This document shows, piece by piece, positions 21,830-35,700 of a stretch of 64,000 nucleotides of DNA. The notes under the pieces are model-generated. The model searched no databases and was not told where the DNA came from. It saw nothing but the letters and a program-made list of their open reading frames with translations. Source of the stretch: Monocercomonoides exilis PA203. Its lineage: Eukaryota > Protista > Preaxostyla. The DNA lies in the NCBI GenBank assembly GCA_001643675.2, contig LSRY02000012.1:1674001-1738000 (forward strand). The letters are read 5' to 3'. Position 1 is the stretch's first letter; each line of letters opens with the position of its first letter. Position numbers and translations under genes: made by a program.

Positions 21830-24800
21830 ATGGTTATCACAAAGGTAGAATTAGCAGAATATGCATCGAAAATGAAAAATGCACCTGCACCTGATAAAAT
21901 ACTTGCAATATGGAACGGGTGCATATATTTTTTGGAAGAATCAATGAAACAAGGGAAGGTTGGACAATATTTTGAATTTCCGTTCAAGAATGATAACATG
22001 CTATATTTCATTATTTTTTAGGGTGTAATTTTCCCTAATTTTGGAACATTTACATTTCAAATTGAAAAATTAAACGTTGGAACAAGAGGAACCTTAGGCG
22101 GAAGGAAACCTGTGTTTTTTATGGACAAGAGTTTTTCTGCAGCTCATGGTGTTCAAGTTCGTTCACTTGTACAAGATACATCGAATGTTGCAACACCTCA
22201 ACTTAATTTTACTGCAGTTAGTTCTTGGAGCGGAATTCATCGTGAAACTTCCAGATTTGGATATAAATTATTTCTTGTCGCACTGGGAAATGCTATACGC
22301 GCAAAGCAACCTATTAACTTGGATTTCAGAGTTGCTTCGTTCATCCTGGGATCTGGCTCAACTTTAGGAAGAATGGATTTTAAGTGGTCACCTAAAGTGG
22401 CTGGTCAAGCCCTTGTTCCATCAGCAGAAACACTTCCAGCGGCTCAAACAACCTTGAATGAGAGAAATCCCGTTGATGTTATGAGGCGGAACTTTATACG
22501 TTCTTACGGAGGTGATCCAACTGCAACTGACTCTCCTCCTGTTCTTCACAGATATCCACGTCCTGTTACGGCTCAGTCGAAGCTTGCAGCAGCCACAATT
22601 AATATGCGCCCCACCTGGTCAACATTTGAAGCTGCAGCTCGTGGAGAATTAGGCTCTCATGGAAAGCGCGGTCCAACAAATCCGTACGACCTTCCTCGGC
22701 CATCTGCTGCTACAAAAGAAGAAGAAAAGGATATGCGCTGGCAGGACGCACAAAAGAGACTTTGGAAAGCAACAACAGGTGCTCTCACGACTCGTGAAGA
22801 AAGGGACAGGATTAAGGAAGGAGAGAATGATGAAACAGATGCGTGGGGTGGAAGGTCTGGAGGTTGGGCGCTTAGTGGAAAGAAGATGGGAACATCGACA
22901 AGTTCTCAACAAAGAAGACCAGCTTCTGCTATGGCATTAGCCTCTACAAGAAGTGCAATGAGTTCTAATTTGAGTTTGCATAAAATTTCTTTTCTTTTCT
23001 TTTCTTTTCTTTTCTTTTCTTTTCTTTTCTTTTCTTTTCTTTTCTTTTCTTTTCTTTTCTTTTCTTTTCTTTTCTTTTCTTTTCTTTTCTTTTCTTTTCT
23101 TTTCTTTTCTTTTCTTTTCTTTTCTTTTCTTTTCTTTTGCATTTGTTTGAATTTGCTCATGAATGAAATGAAAATAATGAAATTATTATCTTCAATTTTT
23201 TGAATACACATTTTTATATCTTGTAATTTTGCCATTACAAAATTTCAATTTCTTTGCACTTATAATTTTGTGTATATATGATTTTTTTTAGCTTCAAGTG
23301 CTCCATTAGAAGATAATTCTTCTCCAGTTGTACGCTCCTTTGCAACTCCTCCGTCAGCGTACGGAATGAAGCCGATTGAACCGACATCAACACTTTTTGA
23401 GCCACCTTCTCACACACGATACACATCCAACGTAGAAGAGAATGGCTCTTACGATGACATGTTGGAATCAAAAAGGGATCCTTATCCTTCATCAAGCCAG
23501 AAAAACATTTTATCACTTCAAAGGAAGAAATTAGCTGAATCTCCGAGTATCCGCAAGCAGAGAGAAAGGACACTCAAACGTTGGGGAACACGCAATGCTA
23601 CACGGCCGTTCACTGCTTCATCTGCTTCACTGGGAAGGAACAGGTCGATGAGCATTGACAACAGAGGTGGAACACTTGCTGTTCATGAACCGGCAAACAC
23701 GCTCAGACCAGTTCCAAAAAGAGAGCTGCTGGCAGCAAGAGCAGAAATGAAGGAGCGAATGAGAGAAACAGGAAGAGATCTTGGAGACACAAACACATCT
23801 GGGCTTGAAGGAAAAAGCAGGAGTTATTTGGACAGCAACGACGATGAGGAGGAAGCTGAACAAGACGAGGTCTACGAGCGAGAGCTAGCGAAGGAAAATG
23901 AACTTGAGTTTGGTGGATTTATGCGACCTTTTGAACAGCCAGCGCCATTTGATGAACGTTCTGTCACAAAAAGACCATCTTCAGCAATTGAAGGATGGAA
24001 GAAAACGAGAACATTTGGAAAGATTGGTGGAGGAAGAGGAATGGGAAGCACACTCTCCGCCTCAACGGTTGGTTCGTCAGCACGCCAGACTGGAACGCGG
24101 AAGCAGCCCATGATATATCCTCCAACTGATCTGACCAAACGAGAATTGTCAGGAAATGCTTGGACATCAGAAGAACCTGCAACATGCGAAGACATTGAAG
24201 ATAAGCCGTCTTTGAATACGTCGACATCTCTGCAACAATCGAATACTTTCGATCCAGGAAAGTCATTAAGAACTCATCTACTTGCTTCGACAAGCCACCA
24301 TTTGCATTCATTTACATCGAAAGAAGATTTGCAACCAGTTCCTGGAATGAGCCCTTATATTTGTCGAGTTTGCAAACGCTACTCAGCTGCATTACCGGCT
24401 CCCAATTTCTGTTCAATGTGTTTGACAAGAGCACAACAAGTGAGAGACGCTGATGCAGCTGCCGCACGAGAAAATGCAGACAATGAGGCGTTTCAGGCTT
24501 ATTTACAGGAAAAAGATAGAATAGAAAGAGAAGCTGCCAAGATGGAAGGAATGGAACAGAGAACTCGTCGCTTTGAATGCGACAAAAAGAACAAAGAAAT
24601 GATGGACAATAAACTTACTACTCGAGAACTCAACCCAGAAGATTCAGTGATTTCAGGACATGCTCCAATTGGAGACGTGTTTAACAGAAGACCAGATGAT
24701 GAAACAGACGAAGAAAAGAAGGCTAAAATGAATGCTGCGTTGAGAAAACAGATGAACGAGAATCGTCAAGAAAGGGAAGCCTTACAAGAAGAAGAGCGAC

Positions 24801-25693
24801 AATATGCACTTTTGTCAAAGGAAAGAGAAATTGCAGTTGCGCGGGCAATTGCAGAGAGAGAAAAGGCAACAAAGCTGGCAAAGCAGAAGGAGCAACACGA
24901 TATTCTTCTCAAGCAAATGAAGGAAGAGAAGTATTCGATGCCCGCAACTGTTGGATACAACGAAATGGGTGATCCATTCACACTTCATGAAGATGAGTCT
25001 CTTGAGGAAGTTTTGAGGAGAAAGGCAAATTATGAATCTCAGCTCAGAAGGCAGATTAACGAAAAAGCATCTGCTGCTCGAGCAAAAGAAGAGGAAGAAA
25101 AGCAATTCGCAGAAAAGTCTGCAGCGATGGAAAGAGAAGTACGAGAAAAAGAAGCTGAAGATGAGCTTCAATTGAGAATGCTCAAGCAAAGGCAGCAAGC
25201 AGAAGCATATGCAAAGCAGCTGTCTGAAAGGAAATATGATCCTGGCGTGGTTGGATATGATGCCGAGGGGGATCCTTTCACAAAAGGAGAGTCTGCTGCA
25301 GAAGTTGCGGCTCGCAAGATTGCTAATCAGCGCAAGCTTGCAGAAGGATACGAAAAACAAATGGAAAAAATTGCTGCTCAAAGGCAAAGAGAAAAGGAGG
25401 AAAGCGATTTAGATGCTGCATTAACAAGAGATTGCGATGCAAGAGAATTGGAGGCAGAAAGACTGAAGGAAGAAGAGCACAAACGTTATGAAGCATCTTA
25501 TGGGCGACTTTTAAGAGAGCAAATCGATAAAGAGGCTGACAAAAAAAGGAAGGCTGCAGCTGAACATGAAAACAATGGTTGCATGTATCTCTCTCCAGAT
25601 ATTGGAGAGGTACCTGAATTGGTAGATTGCGAGCAACCGTATTATAGACGCAGAAAGATTACAAAGAAGGAAAGATTGCTTTATGGATTTTGA
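21830..25693 (+). CDS. CCDC81: CCDC81 homolog (tandem HU-like domains, Cys motif, coiled coil); 3 exons
   Basis: AIWNGC...KQGK|GVIFPNFGTFTFQIEKLNVG....RKPVFFMDKSF...LNFTAVS matches the HU-CCDC81 domains; CSMCLTRAQQ resembles the CCDC81 CYVCLQRAQR motif. Introns ~21959-22021 and 22952-23291 keep the frame into ORF 23366-25693. Confidence 0.85.
22986..23138. repeat. (TTTTC)~30 microsatellite in CCDC81 intron 2
   Basis: Perfect pentamer run seen directly. Confidence 0.97.
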
Positions 25694-26357
25694 AAGATAG
25701 GCATAAAAATTTAGTTGAAATTATGAAATATTGATTTTTCAATATCTTTAAACAACCCGTTAAATTTCTCTATTTCTATCTGTTTTTATTTTTGTGAAAA
25801 ATTTTTACATCAATATTTTGTGCACTCAATTCATGTGTTATATGAGTGGAAAACTAAATTATCATGCCTACCTTTAATAATACAACGTTGAAAGGGAATT
25901 TTAACTTTGAACAAATTGTTTTCTTTCCATTAACTTTATCTTGCAACATTAATAATGCACTTCACTTCTATTTTCTTTAACGATGTTTCACATCACGATA
26001 TTTTCAAAATATTGTTTTGCAAAAATAAAATTTTTGCATATCTCCATTGTGTTTCAACATGTACTGTAGACATTCAAAACGAATCGAGATTTATTAAAAT
26101 GATTATATTGTATTCAAAATAAGGAGAAACAACAAAGCAATGTTATCCAATCTTAAAAAGAAACTAATGCAAAGAATAGAAACAAATATCATTTGAAAAA
26201 TATTCCATCATTTCTCATACAGCCGAAATGGAAAATAAAAGAATTTAATGGTATTTTAAATGCATCAAATTATCAAGCATTTCCTTACTCATTTATAAAA
26301 AAGTTTTGCTTTAGAAAAGGTTTTTTTGCAAAATAGATTGTGAAAAAGGAAGAAAAA

Positions 26358-26358
<1 letters not shown>

Positions 26359-26446
<88 letters not shown>
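26359..26446. repeat. (CA)44 microsatellite between convergent genes
   Basis: Perfect dinucleotide run seen directly. Confidence 0.98.
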
Positions 26447-26448
<2 letters not shown>

Positions 26449-26762
26449 AAAAAAATTAAATAAATAAAAAATTAAAAAAATTACCATTATTTATGCTTCC
26501 TAACTCCAACCATGAAAATACAGCAATACCATCCGTATGATTGCTGATTTTTTCTTTTTCATTGCATTTCATTGTTTTCATTTTTCTCTTTTCATTCAAT
26601 CACTTCCCTCATCCAGTCAAACTGTGGCTTCTGATTCTCATTTCTCAACTCTCTTCGATGAACCCTCTCTTATCCCACATCTTCTAATCTTCACCTTTTG
26701 AAGAAGCAATATCAGACACTTTTGTATTTTTTGAAAATTATTTTCTTTCAGACTGAACATGC

Positions 26763-29700
26763 TCATCTCACCCTCGAGACAAACGAGCTTTCTTCTGTCA
26801 TCGTTCCACTTTCCTCATTCTCATCTTCTGTTTCACCAGTGATGTCAATCGCATCTGAAATAGTAACCATCGCTGTGCCCGATGGAAATCGCTGGATGAA
26901 CTCTCGCTTCAACTCAACAAGTGTTGGACGGCTTCCACTCTCTTCCAACATGCACCTCTCCGAAATCGCACCAATAGGCAACTCTCGAATGCATTCAACT
27001 TTTGGCCTCTCTCCATTCACAATTTTCTGCCCTGCAACTTCCGCTTCAAACTCCCAAAACGGGATCTTGAGTGTCAGACACTCCCACAGCATCATCCCGA
27101 TCGAGAACGACACTGACTCCTTTGTCGCTCCCATCTTCTTGTTGATCAACAATTCAGGTGCCTTCCACCTCAGACACTCTTTCTTGAAGTCGTCCTCATC
27201 CTCAAATGCTGATGAGGGGAGAGAGTCTTCATCATCATCATCATCATCTCCACTTGCAGATGTTACAACAGTTGATGAAGAGATAGATGATGAATCTGAA
27301 TCACCATCAGATGAGAAGTCAGAGTGCATCACAATACAGATAACCATGTGCTCAGAGAATAGCACAATGTGAGGACTGAGATTGGCAAGTGATTGAAGTG
27401 GATTTTCCATTTCGTCAAATGAATGGAGAGCGAGATTAGCAACCCAAAACAAGACCTGGGCAGCTGTCTGCTCTCTTTCTTTCAAACTCCCAATTGCCAT
27501 CTCCTTCTTCTCGTTCTTTCCATGCAAAAGCATGAACAGCGAATCCCTCAAGTCAACAATCAGCTTCTCGTAAGGGCATGAGCAGGCCATTGCATCCACC
27601 AGATTCGACATCGACGAGGTAGTTGGGCACAAACTCTCCGATCGAACAAACGTGGATTCTGTGTCTGAAGTGTCTGTTGTTGAAGTGGATGAAATAGAAG
27701 GAGAAGGTGTTCTCTTTCTAATCTCTTCTTCTTCAACCTTTTCCAATGCCCATTCAGGAATCTTGTCTGAATCTCTTCCCAATATGTATTCTGTTGATCC
27801 ACTCTCAGAAAGAAGATGTTCTGATGACTCCGAATGTCCCAAGCTTTTCTCATACACCCTCTTTTTTATCCTCTCTTCATTCTTCTTTTCTGCCTCCTTC
27901 TCTGCTCTTCTCCATTGCTCCTCAGGCGACATCTCCATCGTCACCATCTCAAACGCCTTCGGATCTTTTCTGATATTATCGTTCACAATCTCTTGCAATT
28001 CCTCATTTCTTTCCTTCACCTTTCTCCACCGAACAACCAAAACAACAATCACTGCCAGCAACACAATGAAAACTGCACATGCAACCACAATAATAACCCA
28101 AAATGAGTTTGATCCTTTCCCTCCTTGAACAACATTTCCATCACCATTCTTCTCAGGCTCTGTTCTGTTCTTCAGGATGAAAGAGTCAGTGAATGATTGT
28201 TCATTGGAGCTCCCAAACAGAACGCACACTCTCACTTCTGCTTCGTCTCCAGCCTCAGCCATTGTCTTCGAAGGCACACTCCCTTCTGCTTCTGTCTCAG
28301 ACACATATCCATTTCCATCAAACCCATATTTTTCGATCTGCTTTTCATCACCTATCTGCTTCACAACCATGAACAATAAGTTGCAAGGGAGCAGCAGCTT
28401 CCCTTTGAACATAAGCTTCACTTCAGCTCCTGCTTCTTTTGTTTCAACACGCTCCAATGATGGAATGAAGAATGATGATGCTCTTTCTGATGCAATCCCT
28501 TCAAAGAGGCATCCTTCATTCAAAAACCAAAGTGATGTGTTTTTCTCAAAGCCATCTCCTCCTTTCAAGCTGGAAATGGTCAGCGAAGCAGAATCCGAGC
28601 AAATAATGTTTCTTCGCACAGATGGGTAATTCTCAATCGAAGGGCTGTTGTTGCTGAAATTACCTGCCTCAATCATCACATATCCTCCACTCACACTCAT
28701 TCCTCCTTTTGAGGAGTTGCAGATTATAGTGTCTTTCATCTCAATTTTGCTGTTTTTCAAATCCACAAGAGATCCATTCCACTTACACAGCTCCTTTTCA
28801 CAGTTATTATTCAAATCTTTTCCGATTTCATTTAAAATTCCTCCAGCAAATATGCAATTATCAAAGCAACCTTCTTCACAATTTACCAAACTTAAAATGA
28901 TCCCTTTCTCTTTTCCACTCGTATCTCTGCTAAAAGTGCAGTTTTCCATTTTAATAAAAAGTGAATTTGAGGAACTTTCTATAACACTTCCTGAAAAGAA
29001 ATTTTCTGAAAAATTTTCATTCTTTAAATATAATTTGCATTTTGAATTGCTATCAAAACTTATTATTTTCATTAATGAAGATTTCATCACAAACGTAGAT
29101 TCAGATGGGCAATTCGTTGAAAACAACGACATTGTCGAATATAGATTCACACATATTAATTCATTAATATAAGTTCTTGTGTCAATCAGTTTAAATCCTT
29201 TCCCATTTATTTTGACAGATGAAATTTTCAGCTGAGAAATGTCTAACTCACATTCTTCGCAATCAATTAATTTATCCACTTCCATTTCCTTTAGATCCCC
29301 TTTCTCGATTGCGATTATACTTTTCATAGCTTTCAAGATTCCAGGAATCCTATATTCAAGACTTTTTTCGTTTCCAAAACAGCTGGTTATGATATTGTTA
29401 CCAAACGAACAAAATACAATCTTCAACGAGCCATTTTGAACTCCAAAAACAAATTGATGAGATTTGTTTTCCGTCACAGATACAAAAAAAGATATTCCTT
29501 CAACAACAACATTTCCCACAACATCAATAACCCATTCAAGTTCTGAGCTCATGCTTTCATCAATATCTATTCTTGCCTTTGTTTGTGTTCTCCCACGTAA
29601 TATCATCTCTTCTAGCCTAATCTCCTTTTCTATGATACTTGCTTCGTCCACAATCAACATTAAAAATATATCCCCATATAAATGTCCAAGGCCATATTCA

Positions 29701-32700
29701 ACGCTTCGGCATGGGAAATTGATTATCCCGCACTGTCTTTCATCGCTTCCTCCTTTTCCTTCAGAACTTGAGACAATAATCATGTTCTCTTGGAAATAGG
29801 TTATAAACCCAATCAAATCAACAGGTTCGTCTATGTATTTTGTGTTATCTATCCCAAAAATCGCATTAATTCTGTTATATTTCTCTTCATTCAAGTCCAT
29901 CTGGAACTGCAATTCGTTGATCTGCCTCTCGATATCTTCACATTCAACAAATATATCTCTTCCCTTCCAACCACTGTTCTCCGTAAATTTACATCTATCA
30001 AAAACAAAATCCAATTTTCCTGTCTCAAAACTCCTCAAATATATTCCTCCGCCTTTTCCTTTCGTTCGACTACACTCGCACTGATTCACAAATCCACCTT
30101 TCATTTGAAGAAACCCTTCTTCACACAATTCAAAATATCCCATTCCTCCAATCTCAGATTCTGCTGATTGGCACAGCATGAAGGTTGTGGCCTCAATTGA
30201 TAATTCAATATGGTTGCAAGAAGAAGGAGAAAATGTGCATGCTCCATTCGACTCTCTTACAACGTTTAAGAACTGACTTCCATTAATCTCCATTTCTGTC
30301 TTCTCTCCATTATTTTGATATTTAAACGGTACGATTCGAAAAATACTTCCACTTACGATTTTCACAGATTCGATCTCCACTTCTTTAACGTGAACTTTGC
30401 ATCCATCTGCAATATAAAATAAATTGTTTCTCACATTTATCTTCTCAATTACAGTACACTCAACACTAAGTTCACCTTTGACAATCCAGGCAATGCTGCA
30501 ATCCATCGTTGCTTCTGTTAATCCTGTCCATCCGATCCTGCATCTTTCCAAATGTGTCTTTCCATTTTCGTTCGCAATAAGCCCTCTCTGCTTACTTCCC
30601 AATGATTCCGAGCCCCATAATTTTAACCATGTCAGTGATAATTCTCCCTTGTTGATCATCTCTGGATCATCTTCTTGTTCCGTTTCTTTCAAGAATGTTA
30701 TTTCTCCATATCCTTCATCTTCTTCATCTTTCTGCCCAGATGAGATGCAAAATCCTGAAAGATCAAAGCCATTTCGAAATGGAATACAACCTTCAATTGT
30801 CATCTTTTTGTTTATCTCTTCGGCATTGAAATGCTTCATTCCCTCTATAAATGTTTGGCATGGATCTTTCTTGCTCCCACATCGCTTAACATCGAAACCT
30901 CGAGATGATATATGAACTATTGATGAACTATAAGTAACTAAAAATCGAAGCAGATCGGTATCAGTATGAAAAGCATCTGTTCCACAATATAATGATTCAT
31001 CATCTTCAAATCCTTCATCTCCAAACACAAACGTCTCCGCGTTCACAGTTTTATTTAAGTTACTGCAAAGAACAAAAATGTTTTTCCCTTTCCATGCTTT
31101 ATTGTTCCTAAATCTCACTCCTTCAAATATAAACGGTTTCTCGGATCTAGCTTCAACACAGCTCAAGAATAGACCCCCACCTCTCCCTTCATTTTCATTG
31201 CATTCGCATTCTTCCATCGTGGTATCGTTCACAAAAATTATTTCTTCTTCTTTTATAAATGCTTCCATAATTCCTCCTTGCTTGTTCTGCTGACTCAAAA
31301 CATGTTCAAAAGTGCATGTTTCAAGAACAGTTGAAGATTTTCCTTTTAAAGGAGCACTCAAATACATTCCTGTGCGTATTTCGCACTCCACTAAATGCAA
31401 TACTCCACCCAAATTTTCAACGACGGAAAACTCTTTGATTTCATTTGTCAAACTGTGAAACTTGCATTTCTTCATTTTTAATTCATTTCCTGTTGATTTA
31501 AAAACTATTTTATGAGGATCATTTAATTTTGATGGAAAGTTAATCACAATATTCTCCAATTGCAACACGTTGTCATTTTGAAAAATGCAATCTTGATCCT
31601 CACCTTCAATTCCTTCATTCACTTCGATAATTCCTGCTTCTTCCTCATTAAATGATACTATCACAAACTGATTAACACAAAACTCATTAGTGACTGAAAT
31701 CTTTCCTGAAATTATCATCTCCTTTTCGCTCACTGATTCATCAATATTCTCATATCCCTTTCTAAATGTTTCGCACGGATGCTCTCTTTTTCCACAGCCA
31801 TACACGTCCAAGCCCGATTCTGACACAAGAACAGACTCAAATTGTCCTTTTATCAAAAATAATGTGAGTTCCACATCATCGTTTTTAAAGTTTGTTCTAT
31901 CTTTTCCTTTCATATCTGTAATTAGAAATCCATTTTCATCAAAAATTTTTATTACAAATCGATTTTTGTTAACAGTATCATTCAAATTTCTGCATTCAAT
32001 AAACATATCTTTTCCAGAAAACGCCTTATTTTCTCTGAATGTTGGATTTTCCATTGAAACATAATTTTTCGAATCATCGAACATATATAAATACATCCCT
32101 CCTCCTTTCCCTGTATCTTCATTGACGTAACATTCTTCCATTTCTGTTTCTTCCACTTCAACCTGCTCATCTGAAGAAATGCTGCATGACAATGCTCCTC
32201 CGTTTCCTTCTTCGTTTTTGCATCCCCTGAATGTGCATCTTTCTTTTATATCCACTATCTTTGCATTCTCAAGATTCAGCACTTGCCCTTTTTTCGTCAA
32301 ACATCCATTACATGAACAATTTCTCAACACAACTTCAAATCCATCTCTTCCAATTATTAGTCCTCTTCCCTCCATTTCTATTTCTCCAACTGTAACATTT
32401 CTCAAGGTCAATTTGCCGCCAGTAACACTCGCTATTCCCGAATCTCCATTGAAGTTGATGCCATTCAGTGCAACACTTGCAAACACTCCTTCGGATCCTT
32501 CAAATCGACAGAGTAACAAATCTGTATTGGAATTAACCTCTCCAGCACAAACTTCACACTGCTCCACGCTAACACGTCCAACACATGAATAAATGAGCTC
32601 ATGTTTTTCAGATTTATGTGGTAAATCAATTATTAGTCTACTTAGCACAAGTTCTGTTGTGCTTATTCCTCTTGCAATACGGAAATGCCCTTGAATCCCA

Positions 32701-35700
32701 ATTTCAAGTTTTGACTTATTTTCCTCTGTATGTCCGCGAACTGTCAGCCCAATTCCGTTTCGATCGATCTCTCCATCAAGGTTGTTGGAGTTATTGAGAT
32801 GAATTGTTGTCTGATTGTTCTTCATTTTTGAATATCCTTCAATCAAACTTGAACAAGGCAGATGGGCATACCCACAATCATTCTCTGATTTTATTCCACT
32901 CATCACATATACAACAGCTGTTGACGGAGGATAAATAAACAAAATCAAAGAATTGCTGATTACCGGACTTACAGAGTCATCATAAACCCACTTCGAATTC
33001 AGCTCATCTTCTTCATTCACTGACCCTTTCCAACATTCTTCATTCACCATGAAGCTTGGAGATAGGCAAACGAGATATACATCCTTTCCAATATGAGCCT
33101 TATTCTCTGCATATTCTGCATTTCTAATCCAATACTCCAATGAAACATCGCTTAATTTAAGAAACATTCCTCCTCCAAGGCCTGACGCTTCATCGACAAA
33201 ACAGTCGTGTACGGTTCCTTTGTCCCAATGGAAAATTCCTCCTTTCTTCATTTCAACAAAAATTCCTCCTCCACGCATCTGTCCACTCTCCATACACTTG
33301 CAACTTCGCAAAGTATTATTCTCCATTTCAAACGTTTTTCCTTCTCCAACAATCCCAACAACAGTTCCACCACTTCCTTTAAAGCGATTCTCGTTTTCGA
33401 TTGTTACATTATGCATACTCAATGATGAATTTTCGTTTGAACATATCATCCCGCAATCAACAACTTTAACATTTTCAATCTCCACATTCCTCAACTCAAA
33501 AGTTGATCCAGATGCTGATAAAAGCATTCCAAAAGAAATGTTTCCTTCTAACAACCTCAAAGTACATTGTTCCATCACACATGTTGCTCTGTTTCCCTTT
33601 GAATATATTAACCCTTCTCCACATGATAATTTCAGTGATTCAATTTGCAAATTCTCTATTATCATCTCCCCGTTTGTAATCCATATAAATGATATCTTCA
33701 TTACTCCATTTACGCACTCCAGGCTACACTCATTTAAATGTGCTTTTGACCCACTGCAGTGAAGCAAGCAGGATATCTCTTCGTTCACAATCGAATCGAC
33801 ACTAATCCGAATTCCTTTGATAGTTACTTTGCTTTGCATTTCAATGATTCCATTTCCATTCAATTCTCCTTCATATCCAAACAGTATTGTTGTGTTTTTC
33901 TCTTCGACGTCCATCTGAATGGCATTTTCCCAAAATACAAGTCGATTCCGGATGCAAAATTGTGGAAGCAATCGAATTTGGGAAAGGCCTATTCCATCAC
34001 ATAAAGATATTACATGCTTAATTGTCTGGCATGAAAAGTCTTTAAATCCGCATCCTTTCACATCATTTCCGTCATTCCCCACGTAATAAGGAGGTACGAA
34101 TTCTCGAAGAAATACCACTAGTGGCAAAGCACAACTTTGATCTTCATTCTCATATCCATTCATTTCTTCAAGGTCTGGAATATCACTCACATCAAGTTTA
34201 AAATCAAATGCAAAATGTTCTCTTATAACTATCCGAGAGAGAGACTCTCCGCACACAAATATATTCTTTCCTTTCCAAGCCTTGCAATCTTGAAACTGTA
34301 AGTCTGCAAGACTAATTCCTGATCTCCCTCCATCGCATTCAACATAGAATCCTCCACCAAGACCTTTATTATATTCCACTCCTTGTCCAACTTTGCACTC
34401 CAAAAACGTGCAATTTTCTAAAGTCAGCCATCCGTCTCCTTCAACACTTGTCGCGATCGCTCCACCAACTCTATTCACTCCTCGGGATTCGCAATCACAA
34501 AATGAGCAGTTCTTCATGCTTGCTCCATCTATCTGACTCACTCTTTTCAAGTCAATGCACGAACCATTTCCGTCCTTCTGCACACAGCCGAAAAAGTTCC
34601 ACTCCTCTAATTTCATTCTTCCGGAAACTGATATCAGATTATATCCCGTTTCAACAACAGTTTCAAAGAGTTCAGAACCAAATATTACGCACTTTCCCTC
34701 AAGTGAACCTCCTTCAATTTCAATTAATGAATATCCTATCGTTGTCCCTTCTATCAATTCGAACATGCAATTTGTCAGCTCTAAATTCGAACTACTCCAG
34801 AATAATTGGTTAATTCCTTCCTTCATCACATTTGGAAGTTGAAAAAAAGTATTTTCGAAAGCTAACACAATATTCGAATATATAATTGATGTTTGCTGAT
34901 CGACTCCAATTGCATTTTCAACAGAAATTGAAGTTAATTCTTGTTTTCCGATGATTCTATAAGCAGTTTCTGTTGAAGAAACTCTGAAACAAATGGCATT
35001 TTTAATAGCAACTTCAGTTTCCATTAAAAATTTCCATTCGTTTGAAGGTGATGGATTGCACCATATTCCTATTGCCCAATCAATTGAAGCACATGGTGCC
35101 TCTTCATATCCGCATCCACTGAAATCGAAGCCTCCTATGCCATTAATATGAACTGTTTCACTTATATTATTCCACAGATACACAACCAGTGGGATGACAT
35201 ATTCTTCTCCAGTTGTATCTCCTTCAAAGCCATTAAGTTCGTCCAGTTTTCTTTCTTCTTCATCATTCATTATCCATCCAATGTTTGCCTCATTTACAAT
35301 TCGCTTCAAATTTGCGCTTCTCAAAAATATTTTTTTTCCTGTCCATGCTTCACATCCTTCAAAAAACACATTTTTCAATTCAAATCCGCTCTGATCATCA
35401 CTAACATCAATAAATATCCCTCCACCTTTTCTTTTTGCTTCCTCTTCTATTGAAACCTTGCACTCTCTCATCTTGACATTTTGAACGTTTCCCATTCGCA
35501 TCATTCCGCTTTTCTCCACACGCACATAAACGGCTCCTCCATTACCGTTCTCACACTGACAATTTTTCAAACTTATATTATTCAATTCCCATAACTCCCC
35601 TTCTCCTATCGTCGGATCAAATATTGCTCCATTTCCTTCCTTGCGGATGATGTTTGATATTTCTGTATCTTCAAGCAGCACGTTTGTTGCTCCTTCAAAA

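Noticed and set aside
22953-23235. FFSFL / KKRKE repeat peptides in ORFs 22112-23203 and 22906-23235
   Set aside because: Translation of the intronic (TTTTC)n microsatellite.
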